Shown: positions 1 to 9,709 of the stretch, piece after piece
How positions within the stretch are numbered: the stretch's first letter is position 1
Layout of the letters: each line of letters opens with the position of its first letter
Source of the DNA: an uncultured Thiogranum sp.
Lineage (GTDB): Bacteria > Pseudomonadota > Gammaproteobacteria > DSM-19610
Direction: 5' to 3'
NCBI GenBank assembly: GCA_965544455.1
Contig: CBEUNK010000001.1
Span: 1 to 62,525 of the forward strand
DNA length: 62,525 nt
Made by a program: the position numbers and the translations under genes
Notes under the pieces: generated by a model
Told to the model about the DNA's origin: nothing
Seen by the model: only the letters and a program-made list of their open reading frames with translations
Databases searched by the model: none

Positions 1-2
1 AT

Positions 3-713
3 ATCTACATCGACCTCGGGCACGTGGGTATTTTCCGCGGGCTGGCGCGCGATGCCGGCCTGGATGAAGGTCAGGAGGCGTTTCTGTTCGATGCGCTGCA
101 GCGCAAGGCGATCCCTGAAATGCAGGTTTTCCTGGCAAAACTGGACCTGTCCACGGCACAGCGTGAACGTCTCGCCGGCCTGGCTACGCTGAACGGCGAC
201 GCGGACGTGCTGGAAAAAGCCGCAACCCTGTTGCAGGGCAGTGGTGACGCGCCGCGGGCGGCGCTGGATAACCTGATGCGTATCGCCTCGCTGGCACAGC
301 GGCGCCTGCCGGGTGTTTCGCTGCACTATGACCTGGCCGAGCTGCGCGGCTACCAGTACCAGACCGGTGTCGTGTTCGCGGCCTTCGTCGCCAACAGGGG
401 GCAGGAAATCGCCCGCGGCGGCCGCTATGACGAGATCGGCAAGGTGTTCGGGCGTGCCCGTCCGGCGACCGGTTTCAGTACTGACCTGCGTACGCTGATG
501 CAACTTGGCAGCCGGGACTGGCCAACGGCCACGGGGGCGATCCTGGCGCCCGCAGAGGAAGACGCCGCACTGGATGAAAAGGTCGGCACGTTGCGCACGG
601 AAGGTGAGGTTGTTATCCGGCAGTTGCCGGGGCAGGAAGGCAGCTACGCGGAGATGGGTTGTGATCGCATGCTGCGTTGGGATGGTTCGGCCTGGGTGGT
701 GGATTCACTGTGA
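3..713 (+). CDS. hisZ: ATP phosphoribosyltransferase regulatory subunit (5'-truncated by window edge)
   Basis: Frame open from the window start (IYIDLGHVGIFRGL...). HisRS-like motifs DLAELRGYQYQTGVVF and GGRYD...FGRARPATGFS. Conserved position directly upstream of purA. Confidence 0.93.
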   Translation: MYIDLGHVGIFRGLARDAGLDEGQEAFLFDALQRKAIPEMQVFLAKLDLSTAQRERLAGLATLNGDADVLEKAATLLQGSGDAPRAALDNLMRIASLAQRRLPGVSLHYDLAELRGYQYQTGVVFAAFVANRGQEIARGGRYDEIGKVFGRARPATGFSTDLRTLMQLGSRDWPTATGAILAPAEEDAALDEKVGTLRTEGEVVIRQLPGQEGSYAEMGCDRMLRWDGSAWVVDSL

Positions 714-744
714 GCCCGGGCCATGTTAAATGCGTTAGTACTGA

Positions 745-2052
<1,308 letters not shown>

Positions 2053-2064
2053 AAACCACCTTTC

Positions 2065-2898
2065 TCAGCCGATGGCGCGGCACCGCGGTGCGCGATGCTG
2101 TGAGGATGTGCATTCGGCCAGTTTCTCCAGTTCGTCGAAGTTCTTGATCTGAATATAGCGACGCTCGACCTGCAGCAGGCCGAGCTCCTGGAAACGGGTC
2201 AGTATGCGGCTCACGGTTTCCACCGCGATACCAAGGTGGCTGCCGATCTCGCTGCGCTTCATGCTCAGGTTGAAGCAGGAGGCGGAATAGCCCCGGGCCT
2301 GAAAGCGTTGCGACATCCCGATGAGAAATTTCGCCATCTTGGCTTCAGCGTCTTTTTTGATGATCAGGCCCAGGACATCCTGGTCACGTACCAGTTCCAT
2401 CGAGAGCAGTTTGTACAGGCAGTGGTGGTAAGCGGCTGTCTGTTCCAGGCAGCTGATGGGAATCACGCAAAGCGTGGTGCGTTCCAGTACCACCGCGGAG
2501 GTTCGGTGTACACCGCTTCCCAGGGCGTCCAGTCCCAGTACCTCGCCGGGCATGTAGAAGGCGACGACCTGTTCGTTACCGTCTTCGGATATGAAATACA
2601 GCTTGGCCGAGCCCGACTTGATAATGTACAGGGCTTCCGGCTTGTCACCCTGATGGAACAGGTGCTCCCGTTTACGCAGTGTATGGGCATGATCCACCAC
2701 GGGTGGTGACTGGTCGTCAATCAGGGTCGCCAGTCGCGAGCCGAGGCAATGCTCACTGGAAGCACAACAGCGACAGGATGCAGTTACTGCAGCAAGGCCG
2801 CCATCCTGTGACTGTCCGGTCGCCATGCCGGCCTGTACACGGGCGCCGGTAAATTTTTCAGCGCGTGTCGCGCCGGAATTGACTGCTGAAACCGTCAT
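2065..2898 (-). CDS. FNR-type Crp/Fnr regulator with predicted [4Fe-4S] ligands
   Basis: C-x2-C-x5-C (CRCCASSEHC) plus central Cys (TTLCVIP), as in E. coli FNR C20/C23/C29/C122. Recognition helix GIAVETVSRIL. ATG at 2898 follows a strong SD (GGAGGAGG, 2903-2910). Orthologue versus paralogue of fnr/anr is unresolved. Confidence 0.88.
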   Translation of the reverse strand: MTVSAVNSGATRAEKFTGARVQAGMATGQSQDGGLAAVTASCRCCASSEHCLGSRLATLIDDQSPPVVDHAHTLRKREHLFHQGDKPEALYIIKSGSAKLYFISEDGNEQVVAFYMPGEVLGLDALGSGVHRTSAVVLERTTLCVIPISCLEQTAAYHHCLYKLLSMELVRDQDVLGLIIKKDAEAKMAKFLIGMSQRFQARGYSASCFNLSMKRSEIGSHLGIAVETVSRILTRFQELGLLQVERRYIQIKNFDELEKLAECTSSQHRAPRCRAIG

Positions 2899-2998
2899 GG
2901 TCCCTCCTCCTTGCAACTGGCTGCAGTTACAGCCACAGGTTTATGGTGGCTATATTCTTTTTATTGGGTAGCAGCATGCTGCCTGCGACGTCTTCAGC

Positions 2999-3036
2999 CT
3001 ATCGGGGTTTCCCCCATAGTGCCTTGGGGGAAATCC
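2999..3036. promoter_or_regulatory. paired G/C-run palindromic sites, candidate NarL/FixJ-family operator between divergent genes
   Basis: CTATCGGGGTTTCCCCCATAG (2999-3019) is an imperfect palindrome. TTTCCCCCA (3008-3016) and TGGGGGAAA (3025-3033) form a 9-bp inverted repeat. Function is inferred. Confidence 0.4.
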
Positions 3037-3131
3037 AGTGAGGCTGGCGGCAGGCAACAAAATTTTGTTTTACACTTGTATGCAAGCGGCGTGGTACAGC
3101 ACACCAGGTGGAGGGGGAGTGGGGTAATAGC

Positions 3132-4262
3132 ATGATTTTCAAACCAAATGGGGAACACCAGCTTTCGGTTCTACTGATCGACCGCGAGGCCGACTATTGC
3201 GATCGGGTTCGACAGGCCTTTGAAGCCAATGAAGCTCAGGCGCAGAAAATACGTCCGGGAACAGAGTCCAGGGCAAGCTGCGCTGCCATGTCGCCGCTGC
3301 CTAATACTGTACAAATAGCTATTGTCGATACCTTGCAGAAGGCTCGCCGGGCGCTGGCATCCATGACGCCCGACCTGGTGATCGCCAACCGGCAACTCCC
3401 CGATGGCGACGGTATCGAGCTGCTGTCACAGGCCGGTAACGCCCCGTATCCCGTGGTGATTACCTCGGACAAAAGCGGTGAACAGCTCGCTATCGAGGCC
3501 ATAAAGGCCGGGGCTATCGACTACGTGGTGAAATCCACGGAGACCGCGGCGATGATGCCGGAAATCGCCGCTCAGGCAATGCAGGCCTGGGCGCTGTTGC
3601 TGGAGCATCAGAATCTGCAACACGAAGTCGCCGAAATCCCCGAGCGTAAACAGCATCAACTCGGGCGCGAGTTGCACGATGGGCTGGGGCAGCAGCTCAC
3701 GGGGCTCGGCTTGCTGGCCACAAGCCTGGTCAAGCGCCTGGCTGACGTCGCACCGCGTGAACAGGAGATGGCCCGGCAACTCGCCGCCGGGCTGGACCAG
3801 GCGCTGGCTGATGTCCGCGCCCTCTCGCATGGCCTGATGCCCGTGCCGATGGATGCGCGTGGCCTGGTCAGTGCACTTGAGGCGCTGGCGAAACGTGTCT
3901 CCAAACAGAGCGGTATCCAGATCGAGCTGCTGCATGAAAACCCTATCCTGATCTCCGACAATGCAACGGCGACCCACGTCTTCCGCATTGTGCAGGAAGC
4001 CATCAACAATGCGATCAAGCATTCCAATGCCAGCAGAATCACCCTGATACTGGAAGCCGATGAGCACGAAGCGGTTATCGAGGTGCGTGATGACGGTCAT
4101 GGCCTGCCCGAAGACCTGCACGCCCGGCAGGGGCTGGGTATGCGTACCATGTACCATCGTTGCCAGCTGTTCGGCGGTAGCCTGGATATCTATACCCACG
4201 ACAATGGCGGTACCCGGGTGCGCTGCTGTTTCCCGCTCAATCCGGTGAAACGGCCCGCCTGA
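3132..4262 (+). CDS. cytoplasmic histidine kinase: pseudo-receiver + HisKA_3 + HATPase_c
   Basis: H-box ELHDGLGQQL; N-box FRIVQEAINNAIKHS; DDGHG and GLGM G-boxes. N-terminal REC-like domain; no TM helix. Confidence 0.88.
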   Translation: MIFKPNGEHQLSVLLIDREADYCDRVRQAFEANEAQAQKIRPGTESRASCAAMSPLPNTVQIAIVDTLQKARRALASMTPDLVIANRQLPDGDGIELLSQAGNAPYPVVITSDKSGEQLAIEAIKAGAIDYVVKSTETAAMMPEIAAQAMQAWALLLEHQNLQHEVAEIPERKQHQLGRELHDGLGQQLTGLGLLATSLVKRLADVAPREQEMARQLAAGLDQALADVRALSHGLMPVPMDARGLVSALEALAKRVSKQSGIQIELLHENPILISDNATATHVFRIVQEAINNAIKHSNASRITLILEADEHEAVIEVRDDGHGLPEDLHARQGLGMRTMYHRCQLFGGSLDIYTHDNGGTRVRCCFPLNPVKRPA

Positions 4263-4906
4263 TGAAGCGTATACTCATTGTCGATGATCATCCGCTGGTG
4301 AGGACGGGGTTCGCCCAGCTTATTTCCGACGAGCCCGACCTGGAGGTCTGTGGCGAGGCTGCCGACGAGGCCGAGGCCCTGCAGCTGGTAGCGGCTACCC
4401 GGCCCGACCTGGTGATTGTCGATCTGTCACTGGCCGGCGGCAGCGGCATCAACCTGATCGAGCGCATCAGGGCGCATCACGATGATGTTTCCATGCTGGT
4501 AGCCTCAATGCACGATGAATCATTGTTCGCGGAACGCGTCCTGGCGGCCGGTGCCCTGGGTTATCTCAACAAACAGGAAGCGCCGGACAACATTATCAAG
4601 GCAATACGACGTGTTCTTGACGGCAAGGTCTACTTGAGTGATGAATTGACAGAGCGGCTGCTGGATGGTCTGACGGGCACCACAATGGTGCCGGGACAGT
4701 CTCCCATTCAGCGACTGTCGAATCGTGAACTGGAAGTCTTCGAGCTGATCGGTCGTGGTATGACGACAGGCAAGATCGCCGATCATCTGCGGCTCAGTAT
4801 CAAAACCATCGAAACACATCGCGAGAATATCAAGAAAAAGCTGCAACTCGCATCCGGTCAGGAACTGACCCGGCATGCTATTCACTGGTTGATGGAACGA
4901 GACTGA
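4262..4906 (+). CDS. NarL/FixJ-family response regulator (REC + LuxR HTH)
   Basis: ILIVDDHPLVR, phosphoacceptor Asp (VDLSL), LSNRELEVF...KTIETHRENIKKKL. 1-nt overlap with the kinase stop. Confidence 0.95.
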   Translation: MKRILIVDDHPLVRTGFAQLISDEPDLEVCGEAADEAEALQLVAATRPDLVIVDLSLAGGSGINLIERIRAHHDDVSMLVASMHDESLFAERVLAAGALGYLNKQEAPDNIIKAIRRVLDGKVYLSDELTERLLDGLTGTTMVPGQSPIQRLSNRELEVFELIGRGMTTGKIADHLRLSIKTIETHRENIKKKLQLASGQELTRHAIHWLMERD

Positions 4907-4924
4907 ATATTCCGCGCGTGGAAT

Positions 4925-4965
4925 TTGACCGGCGTCAATAAATGCCCGCCGGAAAGTACTATGCT
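4925..4965 (+). promoter_or_regulatory. FNR/ANR-type box with class II promoter for the BON gene
   Basis: TTGAC-CGGC-GTCAA (4925-4938), perfectly inverted half-sites. -10-like TATGCT at 4960-4965 places the box centre near -41. Confidence 0.7.
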
Positions 4966-5000
4966 GTGGCTACTCTGAAAGGGCAGTGGGGGATTCAGAT

Positions 5001-5666
5001 ATGGAACGCAGTGATGCGGAAATAAGCAGTGATATTGTCGAGGCGCTGTCACGTGACAGCCGGGTAAACAACGCCAGGATTACCGTTGTTGTCAGGGATG
5101 GTGATGTCGTACTCAGCGGCGACGGCCCAACTCTCTACACCACCCATGTTGCCAATGAACTGGCAGCCTGTGTGCCCGGCATACGTTCGGTGCGCAATGA
5201 ACTTACCGTGGCGCGCCCGGCGGCCATACCCAGTGATGACGAAATTCGCAGCCACGCCGAACACATACTGAGCTGGAATGCCAGTATCGCTGCCCGTCGG
5301 GTCGCTGTCAGCGTCAGCTCGGGGCGGGTAACCCTGGAGGGCGAGGTGGATGCCTGCTGGCAGCGCAACCGCGCCGAAGCCCTGATGCTGGACATCGAGG
5401 GCGTGATCGGCGTCGTCAACAATCTGGAAGTGATGCCCGAGCTGATCCCCCAGGACCAGGTTATTGCCACCGATGTCAGGTCGGCGCTGGCACGCTGCAC
5501 CAGCCTCGACCCCGACAGTATCACCGTCGAGGTCGATCACGGCCTGGTAACACTGCGGGGCCGGGTGCCGAGCTGGTGGAACAAGCGCAATACGCCACAC
5601 CTGGCCGAGTCCATCCTCGGTGTCAAGGGAATCGTCGACGACCTGGTTGTCGAATGGCGCGAGTGA
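5001..5666 (+). CDS. BON-domain protein (three BON repeats, OsmY-like)
   Basis: Three repeats of (S/Q)D.EI...I.V.V..G.V.L.G......GV..V.N.L.V; no signal peptide evident. Confidence 0.88.
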   Translation: MERSDAEISSDIVEALSRDSRVNNARITVVVRDGDVVLSGDGPTLYTTHVANELAACVPGIRSVRNELTVARPAAIPSDDEIRSHAEHILSWNASIAARRVAVSVSSGRVTLEGEVDACWQRNRAEALMLDIEGVIGVVNNLEVMPELIPQDQVIATDVRSALARCTSLDPDSITVEVDHGLVTLRGRVPSWWNKRNTPHLAESILGVKGIVDDLVVEWRE

Positions 5667-5824
5667 CTTAACCCGAAACCAGTCGCAGCCGTTCAGTGTC
5701 AGTGGCGGCCTCCCCGATAACTTCTCCATCCCCGCTACCGGAGTTCCTGCAAAAGGGGCAAAACTTCTGGTTCGGTGGGTAAGCCCGTTGGGATCGAGGC
5801 TCGAAAACGGCAGCCGGTGACTGA

Positions 5825-6883
5825 TCAGCTGCCGGTGGCTTCGCGCTGATCACCCAGCATGAACTGGATCTTGCCGACCCGTTCGAGTTGCGCAATGAAG
5901 GCGTCCAGGCAGGCGGGGTCGAAGTACCTGCCGCGCTGCTGGTTGAGATAATCCAGGGCCTTGTTCGTATCCCAGCGGGGCTTGTAGGGGCGTTCCGAGG
6001 TCAGGGCATCGTAGGCATCGGCGACACTGACGATGCGCGCCGCCAGGGGGATCTCCTGGCCGCCGAGCCGGTTGGGATAGCCGGTGCCGTTGAATTTCTC
6101 GTGGTGACTGAGCGCGATGATGGCGCCCATCTGCAGGTACTTGGACGGACTGTCCTTGAGAATCTCGTAGCCGATCTGGGTATGCGTCTTCATGATTTCG
6201 AATTCACAGTGACTCAGGCGGGCGGGTTTGCGCAGGATCTCGTCGGGGATGCCGATTTTACCGATATCGTGCATCGGGGCAGCCAGTTCGATGGTATCGC
6301 ATTCATCCGCCGCCAGCCCCATCTGTTCCGCGATCAGCCGTGAGTACTTGGCCATGCGGATGACATGATTGCCGGTTTCCGCGTCCCGGTATTCGCCGGC
6401 CTTGGCCAGGCGCAGCAGGGTTTCGTGTTCCCGCTGGCGGATTTCGTTGGTCGCGTCGGTGACTTTCTGTTCCAGCCAGCGGGCGCGCTCGTGGATCATC
6501 CGGTGCTGACGGCGCTGGGTCAGCAGGTTGCTGCAGCGGGCGTGAAATTCCAGGTCGTCCACAGGGGTGGCCAACAGGTCGGTGGCGCCGGCGTCCAGCA
6601 CCTGGCGGCGCACCTCGTTGTCACCACAGGGTGTCATCATGAGCAGGGGAAGGTTGTCACCCTTGGGTAAACCACGCAGCTGCTGAATAAGGTCGATGGG
6701 ATGAATCGCGGGCAGCTGGCTGTCGGCGATTACCAGGTCGGCGGTGTGCCAGTACAGCCAGGAGAGGGCCGGTTCCGGCTTCAGGAAAGCTTCGATGCGG
6801 ATGGCTGGATCGATGCGGCGGCCCAGGTCGACCAGGCGCTCTCTCCGGGATACATCCCGGTCCAAGATGAGTATCGTCGGCAT
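5825..6883 (-). CDS. REC + HD-GYP c-di-GMP phosphodiesterase (RpfG-like)
   Basis: MHDIGKIGIPD, HHEKFNGTGYP, ADAYDALTSERPYK; N-terminal receiver domain. Confidence 0.93.
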   Translation of the reverse strand: MPTILILDRDVSRRERLVDLGRRIDPAIRIEAFLKPEPALSWLYWHTADLVIADSQLPAIHPIDLIQQLRGLPKGDNLPLLMMTPCGDNEVRRQVLDAGATDLLATPVDDLEFHARCSNLLTQRRQHRMIHERARWLEQKVTDATNEIRQREHETLLRLAKAGEYRDAETGNHVIRMAKYSRLIAEQMGLAADECDTIELAAPMHDIGKIGIPDEILRKPARLSHCEFEIMKTHTQIGYEILKDSPSKYLQMGAIIALSHHEKFNGTGYPNRLGGQEIPLAARIVSVADAYDALTSERPYKPRWDTNKALDYLNQQRGRYFDPACLDAFIAQLERVGKIQFMLGDQREATGS

Positions 6884-7024
6884 ACGGTGCCTCGTTTCCC
6901 CTGTTCTTCACAGCAGTAGTTGATTACTGCGGCGCTTCCGTGCCGACCGCGTCACCGAGGAAAGACATCCTCTAACACGCTGAATTAAAACTAGAAACAA
7001 TTTTTCTTCCGGTGCTGCTTGTAG

Positions 7025-7051
7025 CTAACGGCAGAGATGGTACAAACTTAA
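7025..7051 (-). promoter_or_regulatory. sigma28 (FliA)-type promoter for the HD-GYP gene
   Basis: Minus strand reads TTAAGTTT-N11-GCCGTTAG versus consensus TAAAGTTT-N11-GCCGATAA. Confidence 0.65.
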
Positions 7052-7127
7052 GAAGCTAATCTCGACGAGCTTGCCTGGACCCTGGTCTAGTGGCTTGATG
7101 TAACAACACATTAACAAGGGAGGCTGC

Positions 7128-7355
7128 ATGTCGCAGCAGCAGGAATCAAACCAGCGCCGTCAGTCACTGGGCAGCGTGTTCAGCAGTGTCTTCTCATCGG
7201 CGTTCGGTGTGCAAAGCAGCAAGAAACATGAGGAAGATTTTGCCAAGGGCAGTGCCAAGGCCTATATCGCTGTTGGCCTGGTTGCCACTGTGATTTTCGT
7301 TCTTACCGTCTGGGGTCTGGTTAAACTGGTTGTGTCGGTGACGCAACCGGGCTGA
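7128..7355 (+). CDS. small membrane protein, DUF2970-like
   Basis: [13 protein letters not shown]...DF..G....YI..G signature, one C-terminal TM helix, SD GGAGG. Confidence 0.75.
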   Translation: MSQQQESNQRRQSLGSVFSSVFSSAFGVQSSKKHEEDFAKGSAKAYIAVGLVATVIFVLTVWGLVKLVVSVTQPG

Positions 7356-7378
7356 GTTTCGTACCGCTCGATACCGTT

Positions 7379-8116
7379 TTGATAGATACCGCCAAGGCCC
7401 TGGGCCGGTCATTGCTGGACAGCTTGCGCGACCTGTTACCGGTTGTGCTGGTCGTGGTGTTTTTCCAGCTCGCCGTACTGCAACAGCCGTTGCCGAATGT
7501 GGTTCAGTTGATTTCCGGCCTGCTGCTGGTGGTGTTGGGGTTGACGTTTTTCGTCAACGGCCTGGAGATGGGCCTGTTTCCCATTGGCGAATCGCTGGCA
7601 CACGCCCTGGCGCGCAAGGGCAGTCTGTTCTGGCTGGTCGTGTTCGCCTTTTCACTCGGGTTCGGGACGACGGTGGCCGAGCCGGCCCTGATTGCGATAT
7701 CGGAGGAGGCGGCTGAAATCGCCGCAGACGCCGGTATTATCGCCGCGGACAAGCACTCGCAACTGGGCTACGCCGATGGGCTGCGCTACACCGTCGCGTT
7801 CGCAGTCGGTCTTGCCATTGTGATTGGCGTGATACGCATTCTCAAGGGCTGGCCCATGCACTGGATGATTATCGGTGGCTATGTCATCGTGGTGATCATC
7901 ACCGCCTTTGCACCGAAGGAAATTATCGGCATTGCCTACGATTCCGGCGGGGTGACCACCTCGACCATTACCGTACCCCTGGTAACCGCGCTGGGTGTGG
8001 GGCTGGCATCCTCGATACGCGGGCGTAATCCCATGATCGACGGTTTCGGCCTGATTGCCTTTGCGTCCCTGACGCCCATGATTTTTGTCATGATCTACGG
8101 GATGACGGTGCACTGA
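7379..8116 (+). CDS. DUF1538-family membrane protein (copy 1)
   Basis: Polytopic. [33 protein letters not shown] and [11 protein letters not shown] motifs. TTG start is uncertain. Confidence 0.85.
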   Translation: MIDTAKALGRSLLDSLRDLLPVVLVVVFFQLAVLQQPLPNVVQLISGLLLVVLGLTFFVNGLEMGLFPIGESLAHALARKGSLFWLVVFAFSLGFGTTVAEPALIAISEEAAEIAADAGIIAADKHSQLGYADGLRYTVAFAVGLAIVIGVIRILKGWPMHWMIIGGYVIVVIITAFAPKEIIGIAYDSGGVTTSTITVPLVTALGVGLASSIRGRNPMIDGFGLIAFASLTPMIFVMIYGMTVH

Positions 8117-8892
8117 TGCTGTGGAACGACCTGCTGCAGACCCTGCTCGATACCCTGGGCGACGTGACTCCGATTGCCACGATCGTCGTGGTCTTCCAGT
8201 TCATGGTCATCCGCAAGCCGATCGCTCACCCGGCGAGAATGCTGGTCGGGTTTGCTTACGTGCTGGCGGGCCTGACCCTGTTCCTGGTCGGCCTGGAAGA
8301 GGCGCTGTTCCCCCTGGGGCGTTTGATGGCCGGCCAGCTGACCCACCCCGATTTCATTTATGGCAGTACGGTGGCGGAAATACCCGCCGGACACTGGGCG
8401 GATTACCTGTGGGTATATATTTTTGCCTTTGCGATCGGCTTTTCCACCACCATCGCCGAGCCGGCGTTGCTGGCAGTTGCCATAAAGGCCAACCGGGTTT
8501 CGGGTGGTGCTATCGGTATATGGGGTTTGCGTATCGCCGTGGCGCTGGGAGTGGCGGTTGGCATCTCGCTGGGAACGTTTCGTATTGTCAGCGGACTGCC
8601 GATCCACTATTTCATCATCATCGGCTACATTGTAGTAGTGATACAGACGATGTTTGCGCCGCGCATGATCATTCCCCTGGCCTATGATTCGGGTGGGGTG
8701 ACGACCTCGACGGTGACGGTGCCGCTGGTCGCGGCGCTGGGACTCGGACTTGCCGAGACCGTGCCGGGGCGTAACGTACTGATTGACGGTTTCGGGTTGA
8801 TTGCCTTTGCCAGCCTGTTTCCGATGATTAGCGTCATGGCTTATGCACAATTATCGGAATGGCGCGGCACCCAGGGTGACGTTGAACAGTGA
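8116..8892 (+). CDS. DUF1538-family membrane protein (copy 2)
   Basis: Paralogue of the previous gene ([44 protein letters not shown]); TGATG overlap. Confidence 0.85.
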   Translation: MLWNDLLQTLLDTLGDVTPIATIVVVFQFMVIRKPIAHPARMLVGFAYVLAGLTLFLVGLEEALFPLGRLMAGQLTHPDFIYGSTVAEIPAGHWADYLWVYIFAFAIGFSTTIAEPALLAVAIKANRVSGGAIGIWGLRIAVALGVAVGISLGTFRIVSGLPIHYFIIIGYIVVVIQTMFAPRMIIPLAYDSGGVTTSTVTVPLVAALGLGLAETVPGRNVLIDGFGLIAFASLFPMISVMAYAQLSEWRGTQGDVEQ

Positions 8893-8937
8893 CACGGTGG
8901 CTGTGTGTCACGTCTTACAGACAGTGAGTGAAAGAAT

Positions 8938-9288
8938 ATGCACTTCAAACTGATTATCGCTTTAGTGGAAGATACCGTAACTGACAAGGTCATGGAGGCG
9001 GCGCGCGACGCCGGGGCCACCGGGGCGACCGTGATCAGCAACGCCCGTGGCGAGGGCCTGAAAAAGAGCAAGACCTTTTTCGGCCTGTCGCTGGAAACCC
9101 AGCGCGACGTCCTGTTGTTCCTGGTCGAAGAACACCTGAGCAGGAATATTATCGAAACCGTGTGCGATATCGGGCGGTTTGACGAGCGACCCGGGACTGG
9201 TATCGCATTTCAGGTCGACGTCGAAGACGCCGTCGGGGTGCAGCGCCAGGTCGAGGAACTGGTAGAGCGTGTGGAGGAAGAGTTATGA
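8938..9288 (+). CDS. PII-like (GlnB superfamily) signalling protein, non-canonical
   Basis: KLIIALV...AGATGATV..ARGEG and B-loop PGTGIAF; no GlnB T-loop Tyr. Confidence 0.82.
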   Translation: MHFKLIIALVEDTVTDKVMEAARDAGATGATVISNARGEGLKKSKTFFGLSLETQRDVLLFLVEEHLSRNIIETVCDIGRFDERPGTGIAFQVDVEDAVGVQRQVEELVERVEEEL

Positions 9289-9692
9289 ATGATAAACAAC
9301 TGATACGGGTCCGCGACGTCATGAAAACCGATTTCGACATGATCGACGGCAGGATGACAGTTAAAGATGCCCTCAAAACCATGAAGCACGTGGATACGAA
9401 GTCCTTGCTGGTCGACAAGCGTGACGACGACGACGAATACGGCATGGTGCTTCTGTCGGATATCGCCAAGTACGTGCTGGCAAAGGACCGTTCACCGGAA
9501 CGGGTGAATATTTACGAGATCATGTCCAAGCCGGTGGTGTCGGTAGACCCTGAGATGGATATCCGTTATTGCGCACGCATGTTTGACCAGTTCGGCCTGT
9601 CCCGCGCACCCGTGGTTGAAAACGGCAAGGTTATCGGTATTGTCAGTTATACCGATATGGTGCTGAAAGGCATTGTCGGCAACGAGTTGTAG
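9285..9692 (+). CDS. CBS-pair protein
   Basis: VRDVM...; IYEIMSKPVVSV...APVVENGKVIGIVSYTD; ATGA overlap with the PII gene. Confidence 0.9.
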   Translation: MNDKQLIRVRDVMKTDFDMIDGRMTVKDALKTMKHVDTKSLLVDKRDDDDEYGMVLLSDIAKYVLAKDRSPERVNIYEIMSKPVVSVDPEMDIRYCARMFDQFGLSRAPVVENGKVIGIVSYTDMVLKGIVGNEL

Positions 9693-9709
9693 CTGCGTTC
9701 AGACCGTTC

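Noticed and set aside
5693-5720. sigma28-like CCCGATAA in the BON / HD-GYP gap
   Set aside because: Spacing to a -35 element is off, and it points into a convergent region with no downstream gene.
8889-8911. GTGACAC/GTGTCAC inverted repeat between DUF1538 and the PII-like gene
   Set aside because: Only 7 bp, no U-tract, single copy; could be chance or a minor mRNA hairpin.
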